Shown here in pieces: positions 8,632-17,359 of a DNA stretch of 64,000 nt. Source of the stretch: a virus (lineage: Duplodnaviria; Caudoviricetes); IMG/VR virus record IMGVR_UViG_3300033547_000001, positions 10,014 to 74,013 of that record, one strand, 5' to 3'. Below the pieces are notes generated by a model. That model was not told where the DNA came from. It saw only the letters and a list, made by a program, of their open reading frames with translations, and searched no databases. Both the position numbers and the translations under genes were made by a program. Each line of letters begins with the position of its first letter. Positions within the stretch are counted from its first letter, which is position 1.

Positions 8632-9228
8632 ATGAACTGCCTAAAATGCCACAAAATAAAGCAATCGGTTGATTTCTACAAAAATTCCCGCACTTGCAAG
8701 GTCTGCACAAGAAACGCCAGCGCCGAGTGGCGCTCGAGGAATAAGACGAGAGATCGTGCTCGACGGCAACAATATTACGCAGATAATTGCGACAGGATCT
8801 GTGCGAAATCGCTAGCACGCTACTATGCCAAAAAGGATGAAATCCTTCCGAAAATCAACAGACGAGCACTAGAACGCCGAACCGACGATCCGATGGTGAA
8901 GCTTACACATCGCATCAGAGTTAGGATGTCGAAAGTGATCAAAGGCAAGGTTCCTGCCGATTGGCTGAGTATCCTCGGCTATCATCCGCGGCTTCTAGTC
9001 CCGCACCTAGAAGCCTTGTTCGAACCTTGGATGTCCTGGGGCAATTATGGCACAGAGTGGCATGTTGATCATAAGCGACCGGTTTCGTCGTTTAAACTTC
9101 CAGAGCAGCTGCGAGAATGCTGGGCACTGTCGAATTTGCAGCCTCTGCGTTCGATAGACAATCTGAAAAAGGGTGCTCGATGGTCAAAGAATTTGGACAA
9201 TAAAAAAAGCCCCCTCGATTCCGCCTGA
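8632..9228 (+). CDS. Free-standing HNH endonuclease with N-terminal Zn motif
   Basis: CLKC..CKVC; WHVDHKRP...WALSNLQPL...NLKKG; AT-rich. Confidence 0.85.
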   Translation: MNCLKCHKIKQSVDFYKNSRTCKVCTRNASAEWRSRNKTRDRARRQQYYADNCDRICAKSLARYYAKKDEILPKINRRALERRTDDPMVKLTHRIRVRMSKVIKGKVPADWLSILGYHPRLLVPHLEALFEPWMSWGNYGTEWHVDHKRPVSSFKLPEQLRECWALSNLQPLRSIDNLKKGARWSKNLDNKKSPLDSA

Positions 9229-9244
9229 GCGAAATCAAGGGGGC
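9202..9244 (-). terminator. Intrinsic terminator ending the leftward late transcript
   Basis: GCCCCCTCGATTCCGC/GCGAAATCAAGGGGGC stem with a T7 tract on the minus strand, at the convergence of the two operons. Confidence 0.8.
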
Positions 9245-9254
9245 CTTCTGAATT

Positions 9255-9330
9255 TGGAGCCTCAGGGATGGACTTGAACCATCGACCTCCGGTTTACGAA
9301 ACCGGCGCTCTACCACTGAGCTACCGAGGC
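9255..9330 (-). tRNA. tRNA-Thr (anticodon CGT), CCA encoded
   Basis: GCCTCGG-TA-GCTC AGTGGTA GAGC-G-CCGGT TTCGTAA ACCGG-AGGTC-GATGG TTCAAGT CCATC-CCTGAGGC-T-CCA; one extra nt in the acceptor 3' strand. Confidence 0.93.
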
Positions 9331-9335
9331 GAAGG

Positions 9336-9410
9336 TGGCGCCGCTCGTCAAACGGGCAGGGAAGACGAGCGGCACCAAGTCTAGGGAGGAAACGCCCAAG
9401 GAGGGCACCA
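9336..9410 (-). ncRNA. Candidate three-hairpin sRNA with anti-Shine-Dalgarno loops (cuckoo/alpha-r14/CcsR-like)
   Basis: GCCC-TCCTT-GGGC; GTTT-CCTCCCT-AGAC; 14-bp TGGTGCCGCTCGTC/GACGAGCGGCGCCA hairpin with a C-rich loop. Confidence 0.55.
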
Positions 9411-9420
9411 CGGCTTCGCG

Positions 9421-9912
9421 TCAATGTATCGGTGCGTGAGAGACAGCGAAGCCAAGAAATGCGATAGCCCCTCCGACGACGACGGCGGCGCCGACGACGA
9501 TCGCCCCAATCATACCTATACCTTGGGACTTGCCGCCGCTCTCCCAGCGGAATTGTTCCTGCTTTGCCATGCGGTCCGACAGGTCGTTCTTGACCTCTCT
9601 GAGCTGCGTCGCCAGCAGCAGCGCTGCGGCGTCCTGATTGGCGCGGAGGATCTTGGCCAGTTCGAGATCGAAGGTCAGCTTCTCCGCGGCCAGCTCGTTG
9701 ATCCGGCGCGTCTCGGCGTCGCGCAGGCCGTCCTGGCGCCTGCTTTCGGCGTCACGCATGGCATCCTGATATTTCGACTCGGCGTTGACCCACGCCAGCA
9801 CGTTCTTGGTCGGGTCGATCGCCGGGCGACCGAGGGCGTCGACGGTGAGACCGTGGCCCGGGAAATCATCGGAGTTGTTATCCGGATTGTGCTGACGAGC
9901 CGCCACCATCAA
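9421..9912 (-). CDS. Coiled-coil protein with C-terminal transmembrane helix (lysis cassette)
   Basis: DPTKNVL motif, heptad-like region, GIGMIGAIVVGAAVVVGGAIAFLGFAV TM. Confidence 0.7.
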   Translation of the reverse strand: MMVAARQHNPDNNSDDFPGHGLTVDALGRPAIDPTKNVLAWVNAESKYQDAMRDAESRRQDGLRDAETRRINELAAEKLTFDLELAKILRANQDAAALLLATQLREVKNDLSDRMAKQEQFRWESGGKSQGIGMIGAIVVGAAVVVGGAIAFLGFAVSHAPIH

Positions 9913-10346
9913 CCTACCGACAGTGCGATGATGAGATAAATCAGGTTAAGCGCCATCACCAGCAGCCACCAGCGATGCCCGTAGCGATGGGTGGATAGCG
10001 CAGCCAGGATCCAGATGTTCGAGGCGGCGGCGCCGAATGTCCCAGCGAGCATCAGCCAGAAACCCAGCATCAGCCCGGGACCGCGCCACAGCGCTACCCC
10101 GACGGTCAGCACCGAGGCCGTCACCGTCCATGCGAAGATCGCGGCACCGAGGCAGATGCCATAGCGGCGCACGTTGTGCATGTCGACGATGCGCGACAGA
10201 GATGGGTGGCCATTGCTGACGCCAAACGGGTTTTTCAATTCGATCAGCAGAAACCACGCCAGGAACGATCCCAGCGCAACGCGATTGATGACGGAGACGA
10301 TGTTGGCCAGATCGAGAATGTGGTTAAGTTCCTGCGTCGTCATCAT
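9909..10346 (-). CDS. Multi-pass membrane protein (holin candidate)
   Basis: About four hydrophobic segments in 145 aa. Confidence 0.65.
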   Translation of the reverse strand: MMTTQELNHILDLANIVSVINRVALGSFLAWFLLIELKNPFGVSNGHPSLSRIVDMHNVRRYGICLGAAIFAWTVTASVLTVGVALWRGPGLMLGFWLMLAGTFGAAASNIWILAALSTHRYGHRWWLLVMALNLIYLIIALSVG

Positions 10347-10560
10347 CCGGCCTCATCTGCTGCTCGTGGATATGCGTGAATGTTTGCTCATTGAGCAGCG
10401 TGATCACCATGGCTATCAAAGGGTTTTTCGTGTCGAGATAAGGCTCAACGGCCTGCTCCAGCCTGTTGACGTTCTCCTCGAGCTGGCGCGTGGTCGCATG
10501 AAGTTCATGCATGGTGTCGTCGTAATGAGGATCCGCAGCCGGGTCCTTACCGAAGATCAA
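10324..10560 (-). CDS. Small coiled-coil protein, start uncertain
   Basis: Protein-like MHELHATTRQLEENVNRLEQAV..NPLIAMVITLL; only TTG or internal ATG starts available. Confidence 0.4.
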   Translation of the reverse strand: MIFGKDPAADPHYDDTMHELHATTRQLEENVNRLEQAVEPYLDTKNPLIAMVITLLNEQTFTHIHEQQMRPDDDDAGT

Positions 10561-10565
10561 TCGGC

Positions 10566-10826
10566 TCAGCCACGACCTTTTCTTGGGCTGCTGAGGAGAG
10601 ACACCAGCGTTGAGAGGGCGGAGCTTGTGTTCTTGTTCGTATCGATCTGCTCGCGGATGATATCTCTCAACTCGTCCTCGTACCGGTCGCGCTCGAACCT
10701 CTGACGTTCCTCCGATTGCTTGCGATCTCGCATCGCCCACCACAGCATGATCCCCATGATAATTGCAGGAGTCTGCAACCCCAGTTTCGCCAGGATGCCG
10801 ACCCAGTCGATCAGTCCTGGATCCAT
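10566..10826 (-). CDS. Single-TM holin-like protein
   Basis: N-terminal TM then charged coiled coil; GGAG RBS. Confidence 0.65.
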   Translation of the reverse strand: MDPGLIDWVGILAKLGLQTPAIIMGIMLWWAMRDRKQSEERQRFERDRYEDELRDIIREQIDTNKNTSSALSTLVSLLSSPRKGRG

Positions 10827-11135
10827 TGTCTATCTCCATGGCCCACCTTGGCAGCTATGACCCTGGTCCGTACCGTTGTGTGAACCCGCTCACACGTGGG
10901 GACCTGATCGGTGTGATTTGATGCATGTCAGCCATTGATCAGCCCCTTGCCGGGTTGGTTCGTGGTTAGACCTGGCCCGTCGTTGATGCGGCGGGTCAGG
11001 TCGCTGGTATGTCTGTTTCCTACTTCGGCGCCGCTGGCGCGGTCGCTGGCGCGGCATCCGGAGCAGGGACGGCAACAGCGACCGGGACCTTGATTGGATC
11101 GACAACGGCGCCTCGCTAGGTCAGTGGGGCAGCTT

Positions 11136-12035
11136 TCAAAGGGTACCGGCGACCACGCCATTCACGGTCGATTGCACCCAGTTCTTGCAGGCGGCGGGCC
11201 CGTTCGCGAGTGTGAACTCGCGGAACTTTTGGAAGATAAGAATGATACCGGCCATCTTCGCGGGCGTTGTCACGGTCCCGTCCGCCGCAATGACCGCGGG
11301 CGTGCCGACGGCAGCCTGCACGATCGCGAGCGCGGGCGTGAGGCAGTCCATGCCGGGCTTGTCCTTGTAGGCCGTCGCGGAGTCCAGCGCCGCCTGAACG
11401 TCGGGCAGGAACGGCTTGTTCGCGTCGGAGACGCAGTTCTGGATCATCGTCACCACGTTCTGCGGGTCGAGTGCGGCGAAGATGTTGAAGTCACAGGCCG
11501 CGCCAGGCGTGACCGTCGGCGTCTTGACGCCGACGTTGGAAAGATCGGTCTTGATGTCGGCGCCGATGTCGCCCGTCAGCGCCGGGGGCTTGATAAGCGG
11601 CTTGCGCGTCTGCGCGCGTGCATCGCCCGGGAGCAGAGACATGCCCATCAGCAACGCCAGGACGATCGCCGCGGCCTTGGCCGCCGTCGCCGTGACCGCT
11701 GCCACGGCGCCGGCCGCCGGCGAGATCTTGGCCTGGGCCGGATCCATGGCCATGGCGGCGATCTCCGGAGGCACCTGCCCGTTGACGAGGATGCGATCGA
11801 CGCCCGGCAGCGCGCGGACGTTCTGCATTTGCGCCGACATGCTGCCCATGCGCATCAGGAATCCGCCGCAGATCCCGGTGCCGAGCGTGGTGACAGCCAG
11901 GATGTGGTTGGTCATGGGCTGGCCGAAGAGGTCGGTGAGCTGCGTCACGCCCCCTGCGAGCACGGTGTTGACGACGAGGATGCCGCCGAGAATCTCGGTG
12001 GCGGTCCAGGGAAACTTCACGGTCTTGATATCCAT
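11136..12035 (-). CDS. Membrane protein: two N-terminal TMs, third signal-like helix and Cys-containing C-terminal domain
   Basis: Hydrophobic segments at about aa 14-35, 43-62 and 120-140 ending in ARA-Q; four Cys in the C-terminal part. Confidence 0.75.
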   Translation of the reverse strand: MDIKTVKFPWTATEILGGILVVNTVLAGGVTQLTDLFGQPMTNHILAVTTLGTGICGGFLMRMGSMSAQMQNVRALPGVDRILVNGQVPPEIAAMAMDPAQAKISPAAGAVAAVTATAAKAAAIVLALLMGMSLLPGDARAQTRKPLIKPPALTGDIGADIKTDLSNVGVKTPTVTPGAACDFNIFAALDPQNVVTMIQNCVSDANKPFLPDVQAALDSATAYKDKPGMDCLTPALAIVQAAVGTPAVIAADGTVTTPAKMAGIILIFQKFREFTLANGPAACKNWVQSTVNGVVAGTL

Positions 12036-12088
12036 CTCTCTCAGCCTTCCTAGGTTTCAGTGGGAAATTTCAACGTGGGTCGAACGCA

Positions 12089-12475
12089 TCATGGCGGCGA
12101 ACATGAATTGTAACCGCTGATGTCGTATGGATTGCAGAACACCCAGTGTCCATCACCGGACGGCCGCTGGAACACCGGCTGGTAGGGCTTGTTCGTCCGG
12201 TCGATGCACATCACTTCGTTGGCGACATTGGCGACGGTGTCTTGCGCCTTGTCGCAGATCAGCTTGACGGGATAGCCGCCCCGCCAAGTGCCGCCGACCG
12301 TCATGATGTGCTCTCTGCTGGACGATGGTTGCTCGGGGGCTGTCGCGCCGCCGGGCCCCAGATAGCCGCCGCGGCCGCCGGTCATTCCGGAGCGGCCGAG
12401 TCCCGGCGAGGTTTCCGCGGCGAGCGCCGGCGCGGCGAGTAGCGATAGCGCGATGATGATCATGGTCATGGTCAT
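12089..12475 (-). CDS. Predicted exported protein
   Basis: IIIALSLLAAPALA signal peptide; AAGGAG RBS. Confidence 0.7.
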   Translation of the reverse strand: MTMTMIIIALSLLAAPALAAETSPGLGRSGMTGGRGGYLGPGGATAPEQPSSSREHIMTVGGTWRGGYPVKLICDKAQDTVANVANEVMCIDRTNKPYQPVFQRPSGDGHWVFCNPYDISGYNSCSPP

Positions 12476-12505
12476 AGTGGGTCTCCTTCGGTGCGTGTGA
12501 GGGTG

Positions 12506-12661
12506 TCAGCCATAGGTCCGATAGCTCGCCGGACAATGTTTGCAGCGCGAGATCATGATCTGCGGGCGTGCGATCGAGCGCGCGGTGATCCAGACGTGAT
12601 CGCCGCGCGCGCAGCGCTGCGCGCGCCGACGCTGCAGCCAGGCGCGGATCCGGGCGATCAC
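12506..12661 (-). CDS. 51-aa basic Cys/His protein (MIARIRAWLQRRRAQRCARGDHVW...CKHC)
   Basis: GTGA overlap with endolysin stop; C..H..CxxC. Confidence 0.55.
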   Translation of the reverse strand: MIARIRAWLQRRRAQRCARGDHVWITARSIARPQIMISRCKHCPASYRTYG

Positions 12662-13347
12662 GCCGTCGCGGCCGCGGCAAGCCCGTGCTCGAACAGCGCC
12701 GCCTCGTGCGTGCGCCGCTTCCACAGATCGCCGTTGACCGGCCAGAGCCGGCGCATCGCCAGGAACTCGCCGGGGATCCGGTCGAACCGCCGCGCCGCCA
12801 TGTGCGCGGTGATGTTGCGCATCTCGGCGTCGCGCGGGCTGGGATCGTGGAAGCCGCCGGTGCCGCGGTTGTAGCCGAGCGATGCGAGCGCACCGAAGCA
12901 ATCGCCCGGCAGCAGCTCGGTGTTGGCAAGCGCCGAGACGATCCGCGCTTCCCACTTCGGGAGTTCGCGGCCTTTGAACTGCGCCATCGCCTGCGACCAT
13001 GTGACGGTGACGCTGGTGCCGTAGCGCTGCACCCAACCGTGGGCCGCCATTCCGGTCAGGCCTGCGGCGCGCATCGCCGCGGCCACCATCTGGTCGGGGA
13101 TGTAGCCGGTCCAGTCGGCCCGGATCTGCTCGGCGGTCGAGTAGCCGCAATCGTAGCCGATGCCGACCGTCGGCCCCGAGGCGCCTTCAGGCCATTCGAA
13201 GTGGGTGTAATGCCGCTCATAATAGGCTTGACCGCTATCTTCCTCGATGACGATGAGATCGATGGCGGCTTGCGAGCTGCGGATTGACGGCAAAGCGGGA
13301 GCGCTCGCCTGGGGGGCGTCGGGCATGGGCTGGGGGGCGTCGGGCAT
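12658..13347 (-). CDS. Endolysin, lysozyme-fold (pesticin-C/GH24-like muramidase)
   Basis: LIVIEE, WPEGASGPTVGIGYDCG, GALASLGYNRG, LWKRR..EAALF. Confidence 0.85.
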   Translation of the reverse strand: MPDAPQPMPDAPQASAPALPSIRSSQAAIDLIVIEEDSGQAYYERHYTHFEWPEGASGPTVGIGYDCGYSTAEQIRADWTGYIPDQMVAAAMRAAGLTGMAAHGWVQRYGTSVTVTWSQAMAQFKGRELPKWEARIVSALANTELLPGDCFGALASLGYNRGTGGFHDPSPRDAEMRNITAHMAARRFDRIPGEFLAMRRLWPVNGDLWKRRTHEAALFEHGLAAAATA

Positions 13348-13355
13348 GGGCTGGG
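13309..13355. repeat. 21-bp tandem duplication spanning the endolysin start codon
   Basis: CTGGGGGGCGTCGGGCATGGG x2 plus CTGGG; encodes MPDAPQP-MPDAPQA. Confidence 0.9.
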
Positions 13356-13390
13356 ATCCTTTGGGAGGGGTGGAAAAAGGCCGCGCTATG

Positions 13391-14320
13391 CTAGAATGGC
13401 GAAATTCCCGACGCATGCAAGGCGGCTTGGCCTATCGTTGAAATGTTTGCTCGAGCCGCCGTCGTGAAGTGCGTGTTGTCTGCCTGCCGACAGGGCGCCG
13501 AGCCGGTGCACACCGAACCGACTAGCGAGTCAAAATTGGCGAAGGCATAGACACCGGCCGCATTGTTGATAACGCCGCTTGGCGAAGCGCTGGTCTGCGC
13601 CAATTGCACGGCGGTAGACGCCGCGCCGGCATCCCAGGTTTCCTCAGCAATAAACCACGGACCTGCGAAACCCGCCGTTCGGCTCTGGGCGATTAAAGAG
13701 TTGAGCGTGGCCGTATAGTTGACCTGCGTCGTGGCGTTTATGTTATCGGTTTCGCCCTGCATCCAGATTACAATGACGGTGATGTTGGCACCCGCCACCC
13801 AGCCCTTTGCCGCCAGACGATTGATTGCGGTCGCCAGCCGGCCTACGAGCGCACCACTCGCGTGGTCGGCAGCCGCGGTGCCGTCAACATTGATCGGCTC
13901 GACCAGAACGTGATCGAATTTTCCCGCCGTGATCAGGTCGTCGAATAGTTTCAGCACGCTCCAGCCGGATCCGGCCGCGTTGAGACACGTGCCGAGAACT
14001 GGGTCTAAGATGGAATAGACCCCGCCGTCCCCTATGTTCATCTGCAGAATGGCGCCGGCATTGGTCGGCGTGTAGAGGGTTGGGATGATGTTGGCGCCGT
14101 TGCTCTGGCCATCAACGATCGCCACCAGATAGTGGTTTCCCGCGACCGGGTTCTGCGCCGCCTGCAGCGTAACCGCGCTGGTGTTTGTGTTGATCGTGCA
14201 GCCAAGAGCGACTGGAATGGAGCCCAGTTGATTGGGATCTGGCTGAGAAGATCCACCGGGACCGGCGACGGCGAACGCCGCGTGAAGAAAGATCAGGAAT
14301 GCGAAGAATGAGCGTTTCAT
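13391..14320 (-). CDS. SGNH/sialate-O-acetylesterase-like (SASA/DUF303-type) carbohydrate esterase with signal peptide
   Basis: DGQSNG, WMQGETD, DNTHF motifs; MKRSFFAFLIFLHAAFAVA leader. Confidence 0.85.
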   Translation of the reverse strand: MKRSFFAFLIFLHAAFAVAGPGGSSQPDPNQLGSIPVALGCTINTNTSAVTLQAAQNPVAGNHYLVAIVDGQSNGANIIPTLYTPTNAGAILQMNIGDGGVYSILDPVLGTCLNAAGSGWSVLKLFDDLITAGKFDHVLVEPINVDGTAAADHASGALVGRLATAINRLAAKGWVAGANITVIVIWMQGETDNINATTQVNYTATLNSLIAQSRTAGFAGPWFIAEETWDAGAASTAVQLAQTSASPSGVINNAAGVYAFANFDSLVGSVCTGSAPCRQADNTHFTTAARANISTIGQAALHASGISPF

Positions 14321-14321
14321 G

Positions 14322-16340
14322 TCAGTAGGTCACCCTCACGTTGAGCCCGCTCTGCGAAGCCGCACCGTTGCCATAGAACGTCGCCGCGTTGGTCGTCGAG
14401 CTCGTGGTCTCGCACGCTGAGGCGAAATGCAGCCCTGCTCCTGGTTGACCAACATATTTCGCCGGCAAATTCACGATGCTCGTCGAGTTGCTAAACCCTG
14501 TCGTTCCGGTAAAAGCAGAAGTGCCGTCGAGACAGACTCCGCTCGAAATGGAGGCCGATGCCCCGGCGTTGCCGAAGGCATCGTAGGCCGCGTTGAACCC
14601 GTCCTCGTTAAGACCTCTCACGACGGTCACGCGCATCGTTGCGCTGCCGTGAGCTGCCTGCCACGTGTCTGCCACTCCCGGCAGATACGTGTAGCTGGAC
14701 GCGTTGTCCCCCACGAGAAAGTCCTGAGTGATCCGGTTGTTGGCGTTCCAAATACCGACCACGCCTGCGGTACCGCCCGCGGCGATGCCTCCAAAGATGA
14801 GATTGAACTGACCTGCCGAGCCAGTCATGCCAGACCCGAGATAGGTCAGCTTGTTTGCAGTGATGCTGCCGTAGTCCGTGGTCCCATTGTAGCAGTGCGC
14901 GACCGTGTTGGCGTTGGTCGTGTAAGGCCTGGTCGTGTGGTCAACTTGCGAATATCCGGTTCCGCGAGCCGTGTTCGATCCGGCGGTGTCCGATGCCCAT
15001 CCGCCGCCGCTGCCGTTGGTCGCGATGCAGGGCTTGTGATTCGTGTTGCCCTCCCACCATACGTCGAACACGCCGGTCGCGTTGAGCACGCCGGTCCCGC
15101 TCGATTGAATGGCCGTGCTGACCTCGTTCGATGCGATCGTGTCGATCTGGTCGATGCTGCCATTCCAGTAGGGCACCGTATTGGTGCTGTAGGAATCGTA
15201 ATACAGGGTGGTCGCCCCGGTCACCGACGCAGTCATCACGGGCGCATGGGAGGTGAGTGTCAGCCTCCCCCCGGGGGGAACAAGCAACGCCACTGTACCG
15301 GTCTGCCCATTGATCGACGCGACAGATCCAGCCGAAGCGAGTGCACTGACGGTCGTTTTCTTGAATGCAAAGCTCGCGGCCGAGTCCTGGATCAAAACGA
15401 TATCGGCCGCCACCGGGGACGCCTTTGACGTGAACGCCGTCAGATCGCAATCGGTCGGTCCCGCGGCGCCGCCGGTGTTGTTGCACTTGAACGTGTACTG
15501 CCCCATCGTGGCGGCGAACATCGAGTTCGTCACCTGGCCGGAGGTGCCGTCATTCACGACAAAGGCATTCGCAGCATGCACGTTGACGCCCAGCGCCGCG
15601 GCCACGCCCGTCCCGAGTGATGGGGTCAAGGCCGACAGCGGCAGCCCGGTCGCATTGGTCAGCGTCAGCGACGTCGGCGTTCCACCACCGCCATTCCACA
15701 GCACCGGGGCGCCAGGCGATCCGATGTTGACGCCCAGCGCCGCTGCCACGCCAGTTCCCGTTCCCGCCAGGCCGGTCGAGACTGGAAGCCCGGTGGCGTT
15801 GGTCAGCGTGGCCGAGGATGGAATTCCGAGTGCGGGAGTTACAAGGGTTGGTGACGTCGACAAGACGACATTCCCAGTCCCCGTTATCGAATATTCGCCC
15901 AGCACGCCGGCGTTATCGAACAATACGCGGGCCGAGGTGCCGCTAGTTATTACCGACGTGCCGACGATCAATGAATTCGTTGTGGCGCTGATCAACGGAC
16001 CGACCGTAGCACCGTTGATCTGCACGAACATGCCGGCCGTGGTACACCACTGATCCCCGTTGACGGGACTAGCTGGAGCCGTACCGCATGTCATGTTCAG
16101 ACCTGCGGTCGTCGGGGACGGTGGCGCTGTCACCAGGCGACCTACCATGATGTCGCCGGCCTTGTTGACCGGAACATAGCCGAGGGTGTCCTGTTTCGCG
16201 CTGAAGTAGCTGTTCCACTGGGCAGGCGTCGGCACTTGGCCGTAGATTAGGTTTGGGCTCGTCTGTGCGGCCACTGGCAGCGTCGCCCATGCGAACACCA
16301 TCCCGGCGAGTGCGGCGACCGATAGCAGGTTGTTCTTCAT
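14322..16340 (-). CDS. Tail-fibre/receptor-binding-like protein with signal-peptide-like N-terminus
   Basis: GQVPTPAQWNSYFSAKQD, YVPVNKAGDIM, two TLTNATGLP..GTGVAAALGVN repeats, GGRLTLTS..PV; Gly/Thr/Ser/Ala-rich; alternative start at 16349. Confidence 0.75.
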   Translation of the reverse strand: MKNNLLSVAALAGMVFAWATLPVAAQTSPNLIYGQVPTPAQWNSYFSAKQDTLGYVPVNKAGDIMVGRLVTAPPSPTTAGLNMTCGTAPASPVNGDQWCTTAGMFVQINGATVGPLISATTNSLIVGTSVITSGTSARVLFDNAGVLGEYSITGTGNVVLSTSPTLVTPALGIPSSATLTNATGLPVSTGLAGTGTGVAAALGVNIGSPGAPVLWNGGGGTPTSLTLTNATGLPLSALTPSLGTGVAAALGVNVHAANAFVVNDGTSGQVTNSMFAATMGQYTFKCNNTGGAAGPTDCDLTAFTSKASPVAADIVLIQDSAASFAFKKTTVSALASAGSVASINGQTGTVALLVPPGGRLTLTSHAPVMTASVTGATTLYYDSYSTNTVPYWNGSIDQIDTIASNEVSTAIQSSGTGVLNATGVFDVWWEGNTNHKPCIATNGSGGGWASDTAGSNTARGTGYSQVDHTTRPYTTNANTVAHCYNGTTDYGSITANKLTYLGSGMTGSAGQFNLIFGGIAAGGTAGVVGIWNANNRITQDFLVGDNASSYTYLPGVADTWQAAHGSATMRVTVVRGLNEDGFNAAYDAFGNAGASASISSGVCLDGTSAFTGTTGFSNSTSIVNLPAKYVGQPGAGLHFASACETTSSTTNAATFYGNGAASQSGLNVRVTY

Positions 16341-16354
16341 GTCGGGCATTTCCC

Positions 16355-17359
16355 CTAAGACTGGCTCGGAAGCGCTGGCATCACCCAGGAATCGATGGCA
16401 TCGTCTGGCAGGTCCGATACATCGTGCATGGCCTGGGCCGCCCACCGCCGGATGGACTCGACGGCCTTCCTGTCGGCGTCGTAGCCGGCCATGAAGGCAA
16501 GGTCCTCGGCGCTCCTGCCCTTGACCAGCAGCCCGGCGTGGTCCGAACACGCCGCAACTGCCGCCATCGCGGCCCGCTCCTGCGCCAGGATGGCTTCCTT
16601 GAGTGCCGCCGCTGCCGCGCCTGCCATCGGCCCGCGCCAGTCGTCAAGAGACTCCTGAACCTGGTCCACGACGAAGTCCTGGTCGGAGACCTGCTGGCTC
16701 AGCGCCACCATTGCCGCCGCATCTGCGACCGCCGACGGGGTGGGCCCGACCACCATTTGTACGCCCTTGCCCAAGATCCCCGGGGCCTCGGCCGCCATCT
16801 TGATCGCGAGCGCTCCGCGCTGGCGGTTCAGAGCGTCTAGCTTATTTCGCTCGACCTCCAGAGCGCCGATCGACTTGTGGATCTCGACTTCGTGCTGATG
16901 CCTCAGGTCCAGGAGTTTCTGCTGCTCATCGGCGGCACTCCTCATGGCTCGATCGATTATGGCCGCGTCGGATGCCGCTACATCGTTTCGCCGGAACGCC
17001 ACCAGGCGCTGCTTGGCGCACGGGGCGATCTTCTCGATCTCGGACATCTCAGCGCGGGTGATAAGTTCGATCATGGCGATCTTCTTCATCGCCAGCACAT
17101 GGCCCGGCGAAGGTCCATCGTCCACCACCTCGTAAGCTACCTCGTCGTGCTCGTTGACAGCAGCTTCTATCAACGAGTCTTCTCTCGGCATGGGGCGTTT
17201 GACGTACCTCTCGATCTCCGGGATTGACGGGTCGTTGCTGTGCTCATCCACCAGCTTCATCTGCGCACGCCAATCGCGCATCTCCTTGGCATGGGCGACA
17301 ACTCGCAGCGCGAAATCGCGAATCTTGTCGACGTCTGATTTGGCGATCTTATGGGTCAT
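16355..17359 (-). CDS. Hypothetical helical/coiled-coil protein between the two fibre genes
   Basis: ATGA overlap with fibre stop; Ala/Glu/Gln-rich. Confidence 0.7.
   Translation of the reverse strand: MTHKIAKSDVDKIRDFALRVVAHAKEMRDWRAQMKLVDEHSNDPSIPEIERYVKRPMPREDSLIEAAVNEHDEVAYEVVDDGPSPGHVLAMKKIAMIELITRAEMSEIEKIAPCAKQRLVAFRRNDVAASDAAIIDRAMRSAADEQQKLLDLRHQHEVEIHKSIGALEVERNKLDALNRQRGALAIKMAAEAPGILGKGVQMVVGPTPSAVADAAAMVALSQQVSDQDFVVDQVQESLDDWRGPMAGAAAAALKEAILAQERAAMAAVAACSDHAGLLVKGRSAEDLAFMAGYDADRKAVESIRRWAAQAMHDVSDLPDDAIDSWVMPALPSQS

Noticed and set aside
8632-9228. Group I intron around the HNH (and around the GIY-YIG at 43643)
   Set aside because: Flanking genes are intact and no P7-type core sequences were recognised
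9255-9330. tRNA as attP/attL integration site
   Set aside because: No integrase, no second copy of the tRNA 3' end, and phage genes on both sides
11130-11145. prfB-like CTT TGA +1 frameshift at the end of the 299-aa membrane gene
   Set aside because: The +1 frame product is Arg/Cys-rich and not protein-like; no upstream SD at the right spacing
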